Shown: positions 9,470-20,976, counted from the first letter of the stretch. The stretch: DNA of 64,000 bases from an uncultured Polaribacter sp. (GCA_937771065.1 CALJHU010000029.1:3529-67528); one strand, 5' to 3'. Notes: generated by a model from the sequence alone, not told the origin. Program-made: numbers and translations.

Positions 9470-11298
9470 TGAGCTACTTTAAGGACATTTTAAGATATGA
9501 AAAAAAGTATCGGAAGTTTACAATTCTAAACATTCTGTTCAACATACTTTATGCAATCTTTAATGTACTTTCTGTTTTGGCTTTTATTCCTGTTTTAGGT
9601 ATTTTATTCAACACAGACAACACCGTTATAAAAGTTCCATTATACACAGGTATCAGGAGTGTTGCTGGGTATGCAAAAGAAAGTTTCTATTATTTTATTT
9701 CTCAAAAAATAGAAAATGAAGGTGCTATTGAAGTGTTGTTTTTTATCTGCTTACTTACCTTTAGTCTGTTCTTATTCAAAAATTTATTTCGCTATTTAGC
9801 CTCTTATGTGCTGGTGTTTTTGAGAAATGGAATCGTAAAAGATCTTCGAGATAAATTATATCATAAAATAATAACATTACCTCTTGCCTATTTTTCTGAA
9901 AAGAAAAAAGGGGATATTATTGCAAGAATGACAATAGACGTGCAGGAAGTTGAAGTTTCTTTTCTAACCTCTTTAGAGGCCATTGTAAGAGAACCTTTAA
10001 CCGTAATTATTTCTTTAACAATGATGTTAATCCTCAGCGTGAAGTTAACTTTATTTGTATTTGTTTTGTTACCTGTTTCTGGATTTATAATTTCATCTAT
10101 TAGTAAAAAACTAAAAGCAAATTCCCTCAAAGCACAAAAGGAAACTGGTAATTTTTTATCTTTTATTGAAGAAACTTTAACTGGCTTAAAAATTATAAAA
10201 GGTTTTAATGCTGAGAAAGTAATTCAAGAAAAATTTAATACTTCTACAACTAAGTTTCGAAACTTAATGTCAAGTGTGTTACATCGAAAAACTTTGGCCT
10301 CGCCCATGAGTGAGTTTTTGGGCTCTGCAACTATTATTGCTATTTTATATTATGGTGGAAAATTAGTTTTAGAGAATAACAGTCCCTTAAAAGCCGAAGA
10401 GTTTTTCGGGTACATTGTTTTGTTTTACACCGTTTTAAATCCGATAAAAGCAATTACAACTGCCTATTATAATATTCAAAAAGGCGAGGCTTCTGCAGAA
10501 AGAATTATGGAAGTTTTAAATACTAAAAACAGTATTAAAGACAAACCTAATGCAGCTGTAAAAAATGGATTTACAAATAAAATTGAATTCAAGAACATCT
10601 CTTTTAAATATAAAGATACTTTTGTTTTAAAGGACTTTTCTTTAACCATTAATAAAGGCGAAACGGTTGCTTTGGTTGGGCAATCTGGAAGCGGAAAATC
10701 TACCTTAGCAAACCTAATTACTCGTTTTTACGACGTTAATAAGGGAGAGGTGCTTATTGATAACCAAAACATTAAAGACGTTACAAAAAAATCGTTACGC
10801 GGTTTAATGGGCATTGTTTCTCAAGACTCTATTCTGTTTAATGATACCATTGAAAACAATATTAAGTTAGGAACGCAAGCTGCAACAGAAGAAGCTATTT
10901 TAGAAGCTGCTAAAATTGCAAATGCAGATGAATTTATTCAGAATTTACCAGAAAAATACAAAACAAATATTGGCGACAGTGGAAACACACTTTCTGGCGG
11001 ACAAAAACAACGTTTATCTATTGCAAGGGCTGTTTTAAAGAATCCGCCAATTATGATTTTAGATGAAGCAACCTCTGCTTTAGACACAGAATCTGAACAA
11101 TTGGTTCAAACTGCACTAGAAAAAATGATGCAAAATAGAACCTCTCTGGTAATTGCTCACCGCTTATCTACTATTCAAAAAGCAGACACTATTGTGGTTA
11201 TGAAGAAAGGAAAAATTGTAGAACAAGGCAAACATGAAGAATTATTAGCTTTAAAAGGCGAATATTTCAAATTAGTTTCTATGCAATCTTTGTCCTAA
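9469..11298 (+). CDS. ABC exporter, fused TMD+NBD (MsbA-like)
   Basis: TM domain, GQSGSGKST, LSGGQKQR, ILDEATSALD. Confidence 0.9.
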   Translation: MSYFKDILRYEKKYRKFTILNILFNILYAIFNVLSVLAFIPVLGILFNTDNTVIKVPLYTGIRSVAGYAKESFYYFISQKIENEGAIEVLFFICLLTFSLFLFKNLFRYLASYVLVFLRNGIVKDLRDKLYHKIITLPLAYFSEKKKGDIIARMTIDVQEVEVSFLTSLEAIVREPLTVIISLTMMLILSVKLTLFVFVLLPVSGFIISSISKKLKANSLKAQKETGNFLSFIEETLTGLKIIKGFNAEKVIQEKFNTSTTKFRNLMSSVLHRKTLASPMSEFLGSATIIAILYYGGKLVLENNSPLKAEEFFGYIVLFYTVLNPIKAITTAYYNIQKGEASAERIMEVLNTKNSIKDKPNAAVKNGFTNKIEFKNISFKYKDTFVLKDFSLTINKGETVALVGQSGSGKSTLANLITRFYDVNKGEVLIDNQNIKDVTKKSLRGLMGIVSQDSILFNDTIENNIKLGTQAATEEAILEAAKIANADEFIQNLPEKYKTNIGDSGNTLSGGQKQRLSIARAVLKNPPIMILDEATSALDTESEQLVQTALEKMMQNRTSLVIAHRLSTIQKADTIVVMKKGKIVEQGKHEELLALKGEYFKLVSMQSLS

Positions 11299-11352
11299 CT
11301 TTCAACGACTATTTAACCTTATAAATTTTTCAATAAATTATTTATTTTATCA

Positions 11353-11394
11353 TTAAAACAATTAGCATAACGATGACTATGCTAATTGTTTTAA
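11353..11394. terminator. Bidirectional terminator between the ABC exporter and pyc
   Basis: ttaaaacaattagcata / tatgctaattgttttaa perfect inverted repeat between convergent genes. Confidence 0.75.
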
Positions 11395-11455
11395 ATTCAA
11401 CTGAATCAAAAAATAATGTTACTTATTTATACTTCACTCTAAAGTTAAAGTGACA

Positions 11456-14400
11456 TTACTTCAATTCAATTACCAAATCATCAGAATTTACTAATGACCC
11501 TTCTTCTAAAATTATTTTTTTAATGGTAGCATCTTCTATTGCCGTAATTGTTGTTTCCATTTTCATCGCTTCTATAATAAATAAAGACTGATTCTTTACA
11601 ACTTTATCACCTTCATTAACCAAAATAGTAGACAGCATACCTTGCAAAGGTGAACCTATTTGACCGGCATTATTCTTATCTACTTTTCTATTTGAAACCG
11701 TTTCAACATTTATAGACAAATCTTTAACCTGCACAGTTCTTCCTTGACCGTTTACTCTAAAATAAACAGTAACCATTCCTTGTATATTTGCCATTCCAAT
11801 AGAATCTAATGTAATCAACAATGTTTTACCTCTATCTAATTCTACTGTAATTTCTTCTCCTCGTTCCATGCCATAGAAAAAGTTTTTAGTTGGTAGGTTT
11901 GTTAAATTATCATATTTTAAGTGCTTATTGTAAGCATCTGTAAATACTTTCGGATACAATTTGTACGATAGAAAATCAGTGAAATCAATATTTCTTCCAA
12001 AATCGCTTTCAAAAATTCTTTTAAATTCTGCATATTCTATTTCGAAATCTATTGGCGGAATACGAGTATTTGGTCTTTCTGTAAAAGGTTGTTGATCTTT
12101 TAAAATTAGTTTTTGAAGCTTTTTTGGAAATCCGTTAACAGGTTGCCCCAAATCTCCCTTAAAAAAACTAACCACAGATTTCGGAAAAGAAATGGTATCT
12201 CCTTTTTCTAAAACATCAGTAATCGTTAAATTATTACTCACTAAATATTGCGCCATATCACCAACGACTTTAGAACTCGGTGTTACTTTTACAATATTTC
12301 CAAATAACGTATTAACCTCTCCGTACATTTTAGTGATTTCATGAAAACGATTTTCTAGACCCAATGACTGCGCTTGTGGTTTTAAATTAGAATATTGTCC
12401 ACCAGGAATTTCATGTTTATATACTTCACTAGAACCAGCTTTTAAACCAGATTCAAAAGGATAATAATATTCTCTTACGGCTTCCCAATAATTAGAATAT
12501 TCGTTTAAAGAAGTTGTATTGATCGCATTTTCTCTCTCATGAAACTTCATCATTTCTACAATCGAGTTAAAATTCGGTTGTGATGTTAAACCAGAAAGTC
12601 CGCTTAAAGCAACATCTACGACATCTACTCCAGCTTCAATTGCCTTTAAATAAGTAGCAGATTGTATTGATGATGTATCATGCGTATGCAAATGCAATGG
12701 TATATTTATTTCTGATTTTAAAGCCGTAATTAACTCTGAAGCCGCATATGGTTTTAGTAAACCTGCCATATCTTTAATTCCTAAAATATGTGCACCAGAA
12801 TTTTCTATCTCTTTTGCTAAATTAATATAGTATTTTAAATTATACTTTGTGTTTTTAACGTCTAAAATATCGCTAGTATAACAAATAGAACCTTCTGCCA
12901 AACCATTGGTTTTTGTCCTAACATGCTCTATACAAGGCGCGATAGATTTCATCCAATTTAAAGAATCAAAAACTCGAAACAAATCAACACCGTTTTCCCA
13001 AGATTGTTCTACAAATTTGCCTATTAAATTATCTGCATACGCTGTATACCCAACGCCATTAGAACCTCTAATAAGCATTTGTAATAATACATTCGGCATC
13101 TTTGCTCTCAATAACTGTAAACGTTCCCAAGGGTTTTCTTGTAAAAAACGTAAACAAACATCAAACGTTGCACCTCCCCAAACTTCCATGCTAAAAATTT
13201 CTGGATGCTGTTTTGCATAGCCTTCTGCAACTTTTAACATATCAAAAGTTCGCATTCTTGTCGCTAATAAACTTTGATGCGCATCCCGCATTGTAGTGTC
13301 TGTAAAATGAATTTTCTTTTCATTTTTTAACCAATTAGAAAATTTTTCCGGCCCTAATTCTGTTAATAAATCTTTGGTTCCTTTTGGGTAAGCCGCATTT
13401 GCGTCAAACTTAGGTACTTTTGGCTCTAAAAAAACTTTTGTTGTATCCAGTTTCTTTACATCTGCATTTCCATTTATTGTAACATCCCCAATATAAGAAA
13501 CTATTTTATTCGCTCTATTTCTAGATGCTTTAAAATTAAATAATTCTGGCGTAGATTTAATAAAATTAACAGTAATTTCTCCTTTTCTAAAAGTTTCATG
13601 CCTCAAAATATTATCCAAAAAAGACATATTCGTTTTTACACCTCGGATTCTAAACTCACCTAACGCTCTTCTAACTTTTCTTATTGCGCCATCTAAAGTT
13701 CTGCTATTTGCGGTAACTTTAACCAACATGGAGTCGAAAAATGGCGAAATAGTTACACCTTGATACACACTACCAGCATCTAAACGAATTCCGAAACCAG
13801 ATGCACTTCTATAAGTCGAAATCGTACCAAAATCTGGTTTAAAGTCGTTTTGCGGATCTTCTGTAGTTATTCGACATTGCAAAGCATATCCTGTAATTTT
13901 TATTGCTTCTTGATTTGATATTTTTATTTGCTGACTATCTAATGGATAACCACCAGCAATAAATAATTGTGTCTTTACTAAATCTATATTTGTAACGACC
14001 TCTGTTACCGTGTGCTCTACTTGAATTCTAGGATTTACTTCAATAAAGTAAATAGAGTCGTCATCATCAACCAAAAACTCTACAGTACCAATATTATTAT
14101 AATTTACAGCTTTACATATTTTGATGGCATATCTGTATAAATCATTTTTAATTTCTTCTTTTAATCCAAAGGAAGGTGCAAACTCAATTACTTTTTGATA
14201 ACGTCTTTGCACAGAACAGTCACGCTCAAATAAATGCACAGTATTTCCTAAATTGTCAGCAACAATTTGTATTTCTATATGCTTCGGATTCTCTACAAAT
14301 TTTTCTAAAAAAACTGTATCATCTCCAAAAGCATTTAAAGCTTCTCGCTTGCTTTCATTAAAAGCTTTTTTTAGTTCTTCTTCCTTTCTGATGACCCGCA

Positions 14401-14908
14401 TTCCTCGGCCACCGCCTCCGGAGGCAGCTTTAAGCATTAATGGATACCCTATGTTTTGAGCTTCAATTATCGCAATTTCAAGACTTTCTAACGGATTTTT
14501 ATTACTTTCAATAATCGGAATATCATTTTCAATAGCTACTTTTTTCGCGGTAATTTTATCCCCTAAGGATTTTAAAACGGACACTTTTGGTCCTACAAAA
14601 ATAATGTTATTTTCTTTGCATTTTAGGGCAAAATCTGCATTTTCCGATAAAAAACCATAACCTGGATGAATAGCATCTGCACCATTCTCAAGTGCTACAT
14701 TTATAATAGCATCAATATTTAGATACGGTTTTAAAGGTTGATTATTTTCACCAATTTGGTAAGATTCATCCGCTTTATATCGATGCAAAGAATATCGATC
14801 TTCAAAAGTATAGATTCCTACTGTCTTTATATTTATCTCCGCACAGGCTCTAAATATTCTAATTGCGATTTCACCTCTATTAGCGACAAGTACCTTTTTG
14901 ATTTTCAT
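11456..14908 (-). CDS. pyc: Pyruvate carboxylase
   Basis: BC domain (ANRGEIA, HPGYGFLSEN, RDCSVQRR), CT domain (RDAHQSL, HTHDT), biotinyl AMKM. Confidence 0.97.
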   Translation of the reverse strand: MKIKKVLVANRGEIAIRIFRACAEINIKTVGIYTFEDRYSLHRYKADESYQIGENNQPLKPYLNIDAIINVALENGADAIHPGYGFLSENADFALKCKENNIIFVGPKVSVLKSLGDKITAKKVAIENDIPIIESNKNPLESLEIAIIEAQNIGYPLMLKAASGGGGRGMRVIRKEEELKKAFNESKREALNAFGDDTVFLEKFVENPKHIEIQIVADNLGNTVHLFERDCSVQRRYQKVIEFAPSFGLKEEIKNDLYRYAIKICKAVNYNNIGTVEFLVDDDDSIYFIEVNPRIQVEHTVTEVVTNIDLVKTQLFIAGGYPLDSQQIKISNQEAIKITGYALQCRITTEDPQNDFKPDFGTISTYRSASGFGIRLDAGSVYQGVTISPFFDSMLVKVTANSRTLDGAIRKVRRALGEFRIRGVKTNMSFLDNILRHETFRKGEITVNFIKSTPELFNFKASRNRANKIVSYIGDVTINGNADVKKLDTTKVFLEPKVPKFDANAAYPKGTKDLLTELGPEKFSNWLKNEKKIHFTDTTMRDAHQSLLATRMRTFDMLKVAEGYAKQHPEIFSMEVWGGATFDVCLRFLQENPWERLQLLRAKMPNVLLQMLIRGSNGVGYTAYADNLIGKFVEQSWENGVDLFRVFDSLNWMKSIAPCIEHVRTKTNGLAEGSICYTSDILDVKNTKYNLKYYINLAKEIENSGAHILGIKDMAGLLKPYAASELITALKSEINIPLHLHTHDTSSIQSATYLKAIEAGVDVVDVALSGLSGLTSQPNFNSIVEMMKFHERENAINTTSLNEYSNYWEAVREYYYPFESGLKAGSSEVYKHEIPGGQYSNLKPQAQSLGLENRFHEITKMYGEVNTLFGNIVKVTPSSKVVGDMAQYLVSNNLTITDVLEKGDTISFPKSVVSFFKGDLGQPVNGFPKKLQKLILKDQQPFTERPNTRIPPIDFEIEYAEFKRIFESDFGRNIDFTDFLSYKLYPKVFTDAYNKHLKYDNLTNLPTKNFFYGMERGEEITVELDRGKTLLITLDSIGMANIQGMVTVYFRVNGQGRTVQVKDLSINVETVSNRKVDKNNAGQIGSPLQGMLSTILVNEGDKVVKNQSLFIIEAMKMETTITAIEDATIKKIILEEGSLVNSDDLVIELK

Positions 14909-15089
14909 TTCTTGGAGTTGATTACTATTATAGTCATTAAAGGTACAATAGAGAATTCAAGAAATAATAGAAAATTAACGTTTTTGTTAAAAAATAATCA
15001 AGAATAACCTGTACATCAACGGTATTATGAAAAAAATATAATAAAAATTTAATTTTATTTAAATTTGGTTAGCTGTAAAATCGCTCAAT

Positions 15090-16512
15090 TTAAGCTCTTT
15101 TTAAACCTAACGCAAAGCCTTTTTCTATCATAAAATCAAAACAAGCTTGATGCTCATTAGGAATTTTACCGTCTAAAATAGCCTCTTTTATCGCTTCTTT
15201 TATTTGCCCTATTTCTTTACAAGGCTTTAAGTTAAACGCTTCAATAATCTCTTCTCCAGAAACTGGCGGTTGAAAGTTACGCACACGATCTCTTTCTTCT
15301 ACTTCCTTAATTTTAGAACGAACTTCTTCAAAGTTTTGATGATAGCGTTTAAACTTTTTTGGGTTTTTTGTAGTGATGTCTGCTTCACAAAGCGTCATTA
15401 AAGAATTGATATCGTCACCGGCATCAAAAACCAAACGCCTTACAGCTGCATCGGTAACATCGGTTGCCAAAACAATTGGTCTAGAACTTAATAATACCAT
15501 TTTCTGAACAAACTTCATTTTGTTATTCAAGGGCATCTTTAAATTTTTAAATAGATTATACACCATTTTAGAGCCCACAAACTCGTGGGAATGGAAAGTC
15601 CAACCTACTTTTTTACTAAATTTTTTGGTAGGCGCTTTACCGATATCATGCAATAAAGCCGCCCAGCGCAACCAAACATCCTCTGTATTCTCAGAAATAT
15701 TATCTACCACCTCTAAGGTATGATAAAAATTATCTTTATGCTTTTGCCCTTCTACCTCTTCTACCCCCTTTAAATCTATTAATTCAGGTATAATTTGAAC
15801 TAATAATTTCGTTTCCTCTAACAACAAGAATCCAATTGATGGTTTTTCGCATAACATTACTTTATTTAGCTCATCTACGATACGCTCTCTTGTAATTATT
15901 TCTAAGCGTTCTGAATTTTTAGTAATTGCAGCAAGTGATTTTTTTTCAATTTTGAAATTTAATTGTGATGCAAAACGAATCGCTCGCATCATTCTTAAAG
16001 GGTCATCAGAATACGTAATATCAGGATTTAAAGGCGTTCTAAGAATGCCGTTCCCTAAGTCATCTATTCCGTTAAACGGGTCTAGTAATTCACCAAAATT
16101 AGCCTCGTTTAAACTTAACGCCAAAGCATTAATAGTAAAATCCCTCCTATTCTTGATCGTCTTGCAAATTTCCTTCAGATACTTCCGGGTTTCTACTTTC
16201 TTCTGAATAAGATTCTTTTCTTGCACCAACAAACTCAATTTCAATATCCTTGTAACGCAACATTGCAGTGCCGTAGGTTTTAAAAACCTGCACTTTAGGT
16301 CTATTCGATAGCAAACTAGACACTTTCTCTGCAAGGTCTATCCCGCTCCCAATAGTAACAATGTCAATATCTTTTGCAGTGCCTCTTTTTAGAAAATAGT
16401 CTCGCACGAAACCACCAATTACATAACTTTCTAAGCCTAATTGTTGTGATGCTTTAGAAATCGTTTCAAATATTTCTAATGAGATGGCCTCTGTAAAGAA
16501 TTGCTTTTGCAT
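15090..16512 (-). CDS. cca: CCA-adding tRNA nucleotidyltransferase with HD domain; one frameshift near 16152
   Basis: GGFVRD and DIDI in ORF 16147-16512; RRDFTINA, DDPLRMMRA and LLHDIGK in ORF 15090-16334; removing one base from 'gat caa g aat agg' restores DDQNRRDF. Confidence 0.88.
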
Positions 16513-16635
16513 TAATTTGTATTCATTTTATTTTGCCGCAAATTTAGGCTATAATCCAACACAATCCAAAATTGACATACTAGTTTATTCAAAGTAATGC
16601 TAAAAATAGTACCTTTGCAAGCCTATATAATAGAC

Positions 16636-18660
16636 ATGTTTAAAAAAATTCCGAATTACATAAAATACATTTTTACAAATGTTTTTTTTCTTTTCATTTT
16701 TATAGCTTTCTTTAGAGGACTCTTTTACGCCTTTTTTGCATCGTTAGAGAATGTATCTAGCCAAGAAATACAAAAAGCGTTGTTACTAGGTCTTCGTTTT
16801 GATCTAAAACTAGCCATTCTTACTTTTTTCCCTCTTGCGATATTCGTTTTAATTATTAATCATAATTTCTTTAAAAGCATTATTTATAAAAGAATAGCTG
16901 CTATTTATAGTACTCTTTCCTATTTAATTTTAACGCTATTTTATCTATTTGACTTCGGATACTATGAATATTTAGCTATCCGTTTAGACGCCTCTTCATT
17001 GCGGTTCTTAAGTAATTTTAAAATATCCTTTCAGGTTTTAATTGAAAGTTATCCAATATATAAAGGAGTTTTTGGATTGACAATTTTATGCTTTATTAGT
17101 TATAAATATGCTATTTTAATGTTTAACATATTTAACAAAGGATATCAAAAAATAACAAATAAACTAAAGGCAGTATTCTTTATAGTTACATTTCTAATAC
17201 TATCTTTTGGCGTTTTCAATAGCATAACGTATTATCCTTTGCGTTGGAGTGAAGCTTTTTTCTCTAAAAATAATGCAATAAATCAATTTACATTAAACCC
17301 TGTTCTGTATTTCTTTGATAGTTTTGCCTTTAGAAGTGAAGGCGTAAATCTTGAAGAATTTAAAAACTATTACCCAGTAATTGCGAAACATTTAGATTTA
17401 CCAGAAGACACCATTAATTTTGAAAAAAAGGTGACTTTTGAGAATCCTTATAAAGTAAAACCGAATGTTGTCTTTGTAATGTTAGAGTCCGTTGGAACTG
17501 CACCGATGAGTTTTTATGGAAATCCGTTAAATAGTACTCCAAAAATGGATTCCCTTATCAAAGAGAGTGCTAGTTTTTCAAAGTTTTATGTTCATAAACC
17601 AGGAACTGCTGCTAGTGTTTTTGCGAGTATTACGGGATTACCAGATATTGAAGATGTAAAAACAGCGTCAAGAAACCCTATGATTATAGATCAACGTATT
17701 ATTTTTGATCAATTTACAGGATATGAAAAACTGTATTTCATAGGTGGCTCTGCAAACTGGGCGAATATTAGAGGTGTATTTCAATCGAATATAAAAAACT
17801 TGAAAATCTACGAAGAAGGAAGTTTTGAAGAGGGGAAAAGAGCCGATGTTTGGGGGATTGATGACTACGATTTATTTAAAGAATCTGATAAGAAATTAAA
17901 AAAATTACAAGAAAAAGGAAAACCTTTTGTTGCCTATATTCAAACAGCAACAAATCATATGCCTTTTACAGTGCCCGTTAAAAAAGAAAGTTTTACACCT
18001 ATTTTAGAAAATGAAATTGACGAAAAAACGCTACTAAAAGGTGGTTTTAGGTCTTTAGGGCAATTAAACGGAATCCGTTATTTAGATTTTAATATTGCAC
18101 GTTTTTTAGAAAGAGCAAAAGAATCTGGTTATTATGAAAATTCTATTTTTGTTTTTTTTGGAGATCATAGAGGTGGCATGAAAAAACTAAATTTCTTAAA
18201 AAATAACGAAGACGATTTAGGAATTCAAGTGCACCATGTTCCATTTTTTATTCATGCACCCAAATATATAAAACCTCAAATAATAGATAAATACGCAAAA
18301 CTAATAGATATTTTTCCTACAGCTACAAGCTTAGCGAAAGTGAATTATACAAATTATACTTTAGGAAGAGATTTATTAGATAGTACTTCAAATAACACAA
18401 CTGCCTTTGTATATATTCAAAGTAAAGGAGAAAAAGCTGTTGGCGTGCTCAAAGATAATTTTTACTATGAAAAAACAAACATTTCTAAAAAAACAGGTTT
18501 GTACAGTTTAAAAGCAGCTGTGGTAAAAGATATTCAACTTGATGAACCTGCTATAGCAAAACAAATGGACAGTTTATTATCAGCATATTACCACACTACC
18601 AAATATTTATACTTTAACAATAAAAAAGATGCTAAGCCTGAAAATATTTTAAGTAATTAA
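16636..18660 (+). CDS. LTA-synthase-family membrane sulfatase-like phosphotransferase
   Basis: About 5 N-terminal TM helices, then VMLES, PGT (Thr nucleophile position), NHMPF, FGDH; TACCTTTG at 16610-16617 favours ATG 16636. Confidence 0.85.
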   Translation: MFKKIPNYIKYIFTNVFFLFIFIAFFRGLFYAFFASLENVSSQEIQKALLLGLRFDLKLAILTFFPLAIFVLIINHNFFKSIIYKRIAAIYSTLSYLILTLFYLFDFGYYEYLAIRLDASSLRFLSNFKISFQVLIESYPIYKGVFGLTILCFISYKYAILMFNIFNKGYQKITNKLKAVFFIVTFLILSFGVFNSITYYPLRWSEAFFSKNNAINQFTLNPVLYFFDSFAFRSEGVNLEEFKNYYPVIAKHLDLPEDTINFEKKVTFENPYKVKPNVVFVMLESVGTAPMSFYGNPLNSTPKMDSLIKESASFSKFYVHKPGTAASVFASITGLPDIEDVKTASRNPMIIDQRIIFDQFTGYEKLYFIGGSANWANIRGVFQSNIKNLKIYEEGSFEEGKRADVWGIDDYDLFKESDKKLKKLQEKGKPFVAYIQTATNHMPFTVPVKKESFTPILENEIDEKTLLKGGFRSLGQLNGIRYLDFNIARFLERAKESGYYENSIFVFFGDHRGGMKKLNFLKNNEDDLGIQVHHVPFFIHAPKYIKPQIIDKYAKLIDIFPTATSLAKVNYTNYTLGRDLLDSTSNNTTAFVYIQSKGEKAVGVLKDNFYYEKTNISKKTGLYSLKAAVVKDIQLDEPAIAKQMDSLLSAYYHTTKYLYFNNKKDAKPENILSN

Positions 18661-18743
18661 AAGAATTAAGAAAAGTATAATGATATTATTATTTCCTTGT
18701 AATTAAAGCATACTGTTTTATAAAATTGAATACTAAGAACAAA

Positions 18744-19721
18744 TTAATCGTATTTAGAATGAAGCCAATCTTTAATATACACCAATTTTTCTTCGGGACA
18801 TTGATCTAAACTCTGCATACAAACGAAAAGTTTATTCTTATCCTTTTCTATTCTAGCCAATTTAAACTTTATCCAAAAAAATGGTTTTTTATAATTTTGA
18901 AAATATACTAACTTGTAGTCCTTCTTTAAAGTAAAAGTATTGTTTTTTATTTCTAAATGATTTCCCAAAGACTGAATTGAATATTGCTCTTGATGTCTAA
19001 AACGATGTTTAATATTATTATTCAACATCTCTGGATTTTGCTCAAAATATTTTACATAAGTGCACTTCCTTAGCGCTGCGGGCGTATGATCTATATGCAC
19101 GTATTTTGTAAAACCTAATTTCTTTGCTACCGTTTGTAGCCCTTTAGTGTGACTATATTCTATTTTTTTATTTTTTAAAAGTTTCTGAAATAAAGATTTA
19201 ATTTTCTTGTGAAAGATATCTTCATAAAACTTCGTCCAATTTCCCCTAATAACAGGGTTCTCTTCAATAAAAAAATCTTCAACTTTTATTTCATTTGCTA
19301 AAAAGAAATCGTCACAAAAATATAAAAAGTGCTCAGAAAGATTTGGTATTTTGTATAGTAAAGACTCTATGGATAAAGAATTAAAAGTTGGCAAATATTG
19401 ATGATATCCTTCAAAAATAGTTTTATGATCTACTATAAAAACTGTTGGATATTCTTTCTTTGCTTTCTCTATGTCTTTTAAAAAATCTGGAGTTTGGTTA
19501 TCTGTAACAATAAAAATATTTCTTACAAATTTAGCATACTTCAAAATAGATTTTACTGAGAATTCAATTTCATTTATTTGATCATAACGCATCCTAACAG
19601 ACTTATTACTCAGAGAATTTTTATCTTCGATATATTGTGACATCTTTACCCTATGTTTTGGGTCATTACCATCTACCCAAGTAATAACAGCATCTACAAT
19701 AAACGAATTCCTTAACTCCAT
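18744..19721 (-). CDS. Stealth-family hexose-1-phosphate transferase (copy A)
   Basis: CR1 VDAVITWVDGND; CR2 IVTDNQTP, LPTFNSLSIE, IPNLSEHFLYFCDDFF; HTP; HRFR. Confidence 0.88.
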   Translation of the reverse strand: MELRNSFIVDAVITWVDGNDPKHRVKMSQYIEDKNSLSNKSVRMRYDQINEIEFSVKSILKYAKFVRNIFIVTDNQTPDFLKDIEKAKKEYPTVFIVDHKTIFEGYHQYLPTFNSLSIESLLYKIPNLSEHFLYFCDDFFLANEIKVEDFFIEENPVIRGNWTKFYEDIFHKKIKSLFQKLLKNKKIEYSHTKGLQTVAKKLGFTKYVHIDHTPAALRKCTYVKYFEQNPEMLNNNIKHRFRHQEQYSIQSLGNHLEIKNNTFTLKKDYKLVYFQNYKKPFFWIKFKLARIEKDKNKLFVCMQSLDQCPEEKLVYIKDWLHSKYD

Positions 19722-19722
19722 A

Positions 19723-19890
19723 CTACTTCATCTCACTATTTAATAACCACAACTTAATATATCCTGTTAAAACACCATAAGCTTGTGTTTTAACAACTAA
19801 AAAAACTATAAAACCAACTAAAAATCCAAAGCGAATGGAATAATGAATAAAAAACCTTGCCTCAGGTTTTACAATCACATGGTAAATATA
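19723..19890 (-). pseudogene. Orphan 3'-terminal fragment (55 codons plus stop) of the GT2 gene at 20977-21726
   Basis: Translates as YIYHVIVKPEARFFIHYSIRFGFLVGFIVFLVVKTQAYGVLTGYIKLWLLNSEMK*, ungapped against the GT2 C-terminus; 28-nt exact match 19765-19792 = 21019-21046. Confidence 0.9.
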
Positions 19891-19972
19891 TGTACTTTAA
19901 TATTAAAAAAAAAGTTGAGTAAATTGTGGATTTAAAATAACAATATACGCTCTAAACGATAAACTAGTTATA

Positions 19973-20971
19973 CTAAATGGTTTCATTAAAATTAGTATCT
20001 AATTTTTCATCAATCCAGGTAAAAATATACTTTAACGTGTTTCTTTTAGCCAACTCTAAACTTTGAAAGCACATAAATTTTTTACTCTTATCTCTATCAA
20101 AAAAGTATAGTTTTAGTTTTGTTATAAAATGATTATAACCTTGAAAATAGATTAAATGAAGATTATTTTCTAAAACATAAGAATTATTTTTTACTTCTAA
20201 ATGATTTGATAAAGATGAAATTATAAACTGGCTATTGTCTCTAAATCTATGTTTTATATTATTTTCTAAAAATTCCGGATTTTTAGAAAAATAATCTATC
20301 AAAATTGACTTTCTAACAGAAACAGGTGTGTGACCTCTTCTAATATATTTTTTAAACCCTAATAATTTTGCGCTTTTTTGCTGCACTAATTTGTATCCTG
20401 TTTTTTTAGGATCTACTTTCTTAAAAGTCGATTTTATTTTAACAGCTATATTTCTGAAAAATTTATCTTCATAAAAAGTATCCCATCTGCCTCTAATTAT
20501 TGGTTTTTCATCTATAAAAAAATCTAAGATTGAGGTTTCTCTCATTAAAAAAGTATCATCATTAAAAATCACAAACCTATCTGAAAGATTTGGTATTTGA
20601 TAAAGCATTGAAATAATTGAACAAGAATTAAATGTAGGTAGGTAATTTTTATAATCTCTGAAAATTATTTTATGATCTACTAATTCTAGATTTACGTTAT
20701 TAGTTCTTGCCTTTTTTTGAAGTTTATCGAAGTTTTCTGGTGATTGATTATCCGTAACTAAAAAGATGTTTTTTATGAACTTCGCATACTTTATAATTGA
20801 TAAAATTGCAATTTCAACTTCATTTATAGAATTATATCTAGTAGCATCTTTTTTATTATTCCAATCTATTTTTTTTTCTAAATACTGGTTTATTTTGTTT
20901 TGCCAAACAACATCAGAACTATCAACCCAAGTAATTACAGCATCAATATTATTATCTACTTTCACCTCCAT
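19973..20971 (-). CDS. Stealth-family hexose-1-phosphate transferase (copy B)
   Basis: IDAVITWVDSSD, LVTDNQSP, LPTFNS, IPNLSDRFVIFNDD, HTP, HRFR; ATG 20971 lies just after the GT2 stop. Confidence 0.88.
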   Translation of the reverse strand: MEVKVDNNIDAVITWVDSSDVVWQNKINQYLEKKIDWNNKKDATRYNSINEVEIAILSIIKYAKFIKNIFLVTDNQSPENFDKLQKKARTNNVNLELVDHKIIFRDYKNYLPTFNSCSIISMLYQIPNLSDRFVIFNDDTFLMRETSILDFFIDEKPIIRGRWDTFYEDKFFRNIAVKIKSTFKKVDPKKTGYKLVQQKSAKLLGFKKYIRRGHTPVSVRKSILIDYFSKNPEFLENNIKHRFRDNSQFIISSLSNHLEVKNNSYVLENNLHLIYFQGYNHFITKLKLYFFDRDKSKKFMCFQSLELAKRNTLKYIFTWIDEKLDTNFNETI

Positions 20972-20976
20972 AAAAC

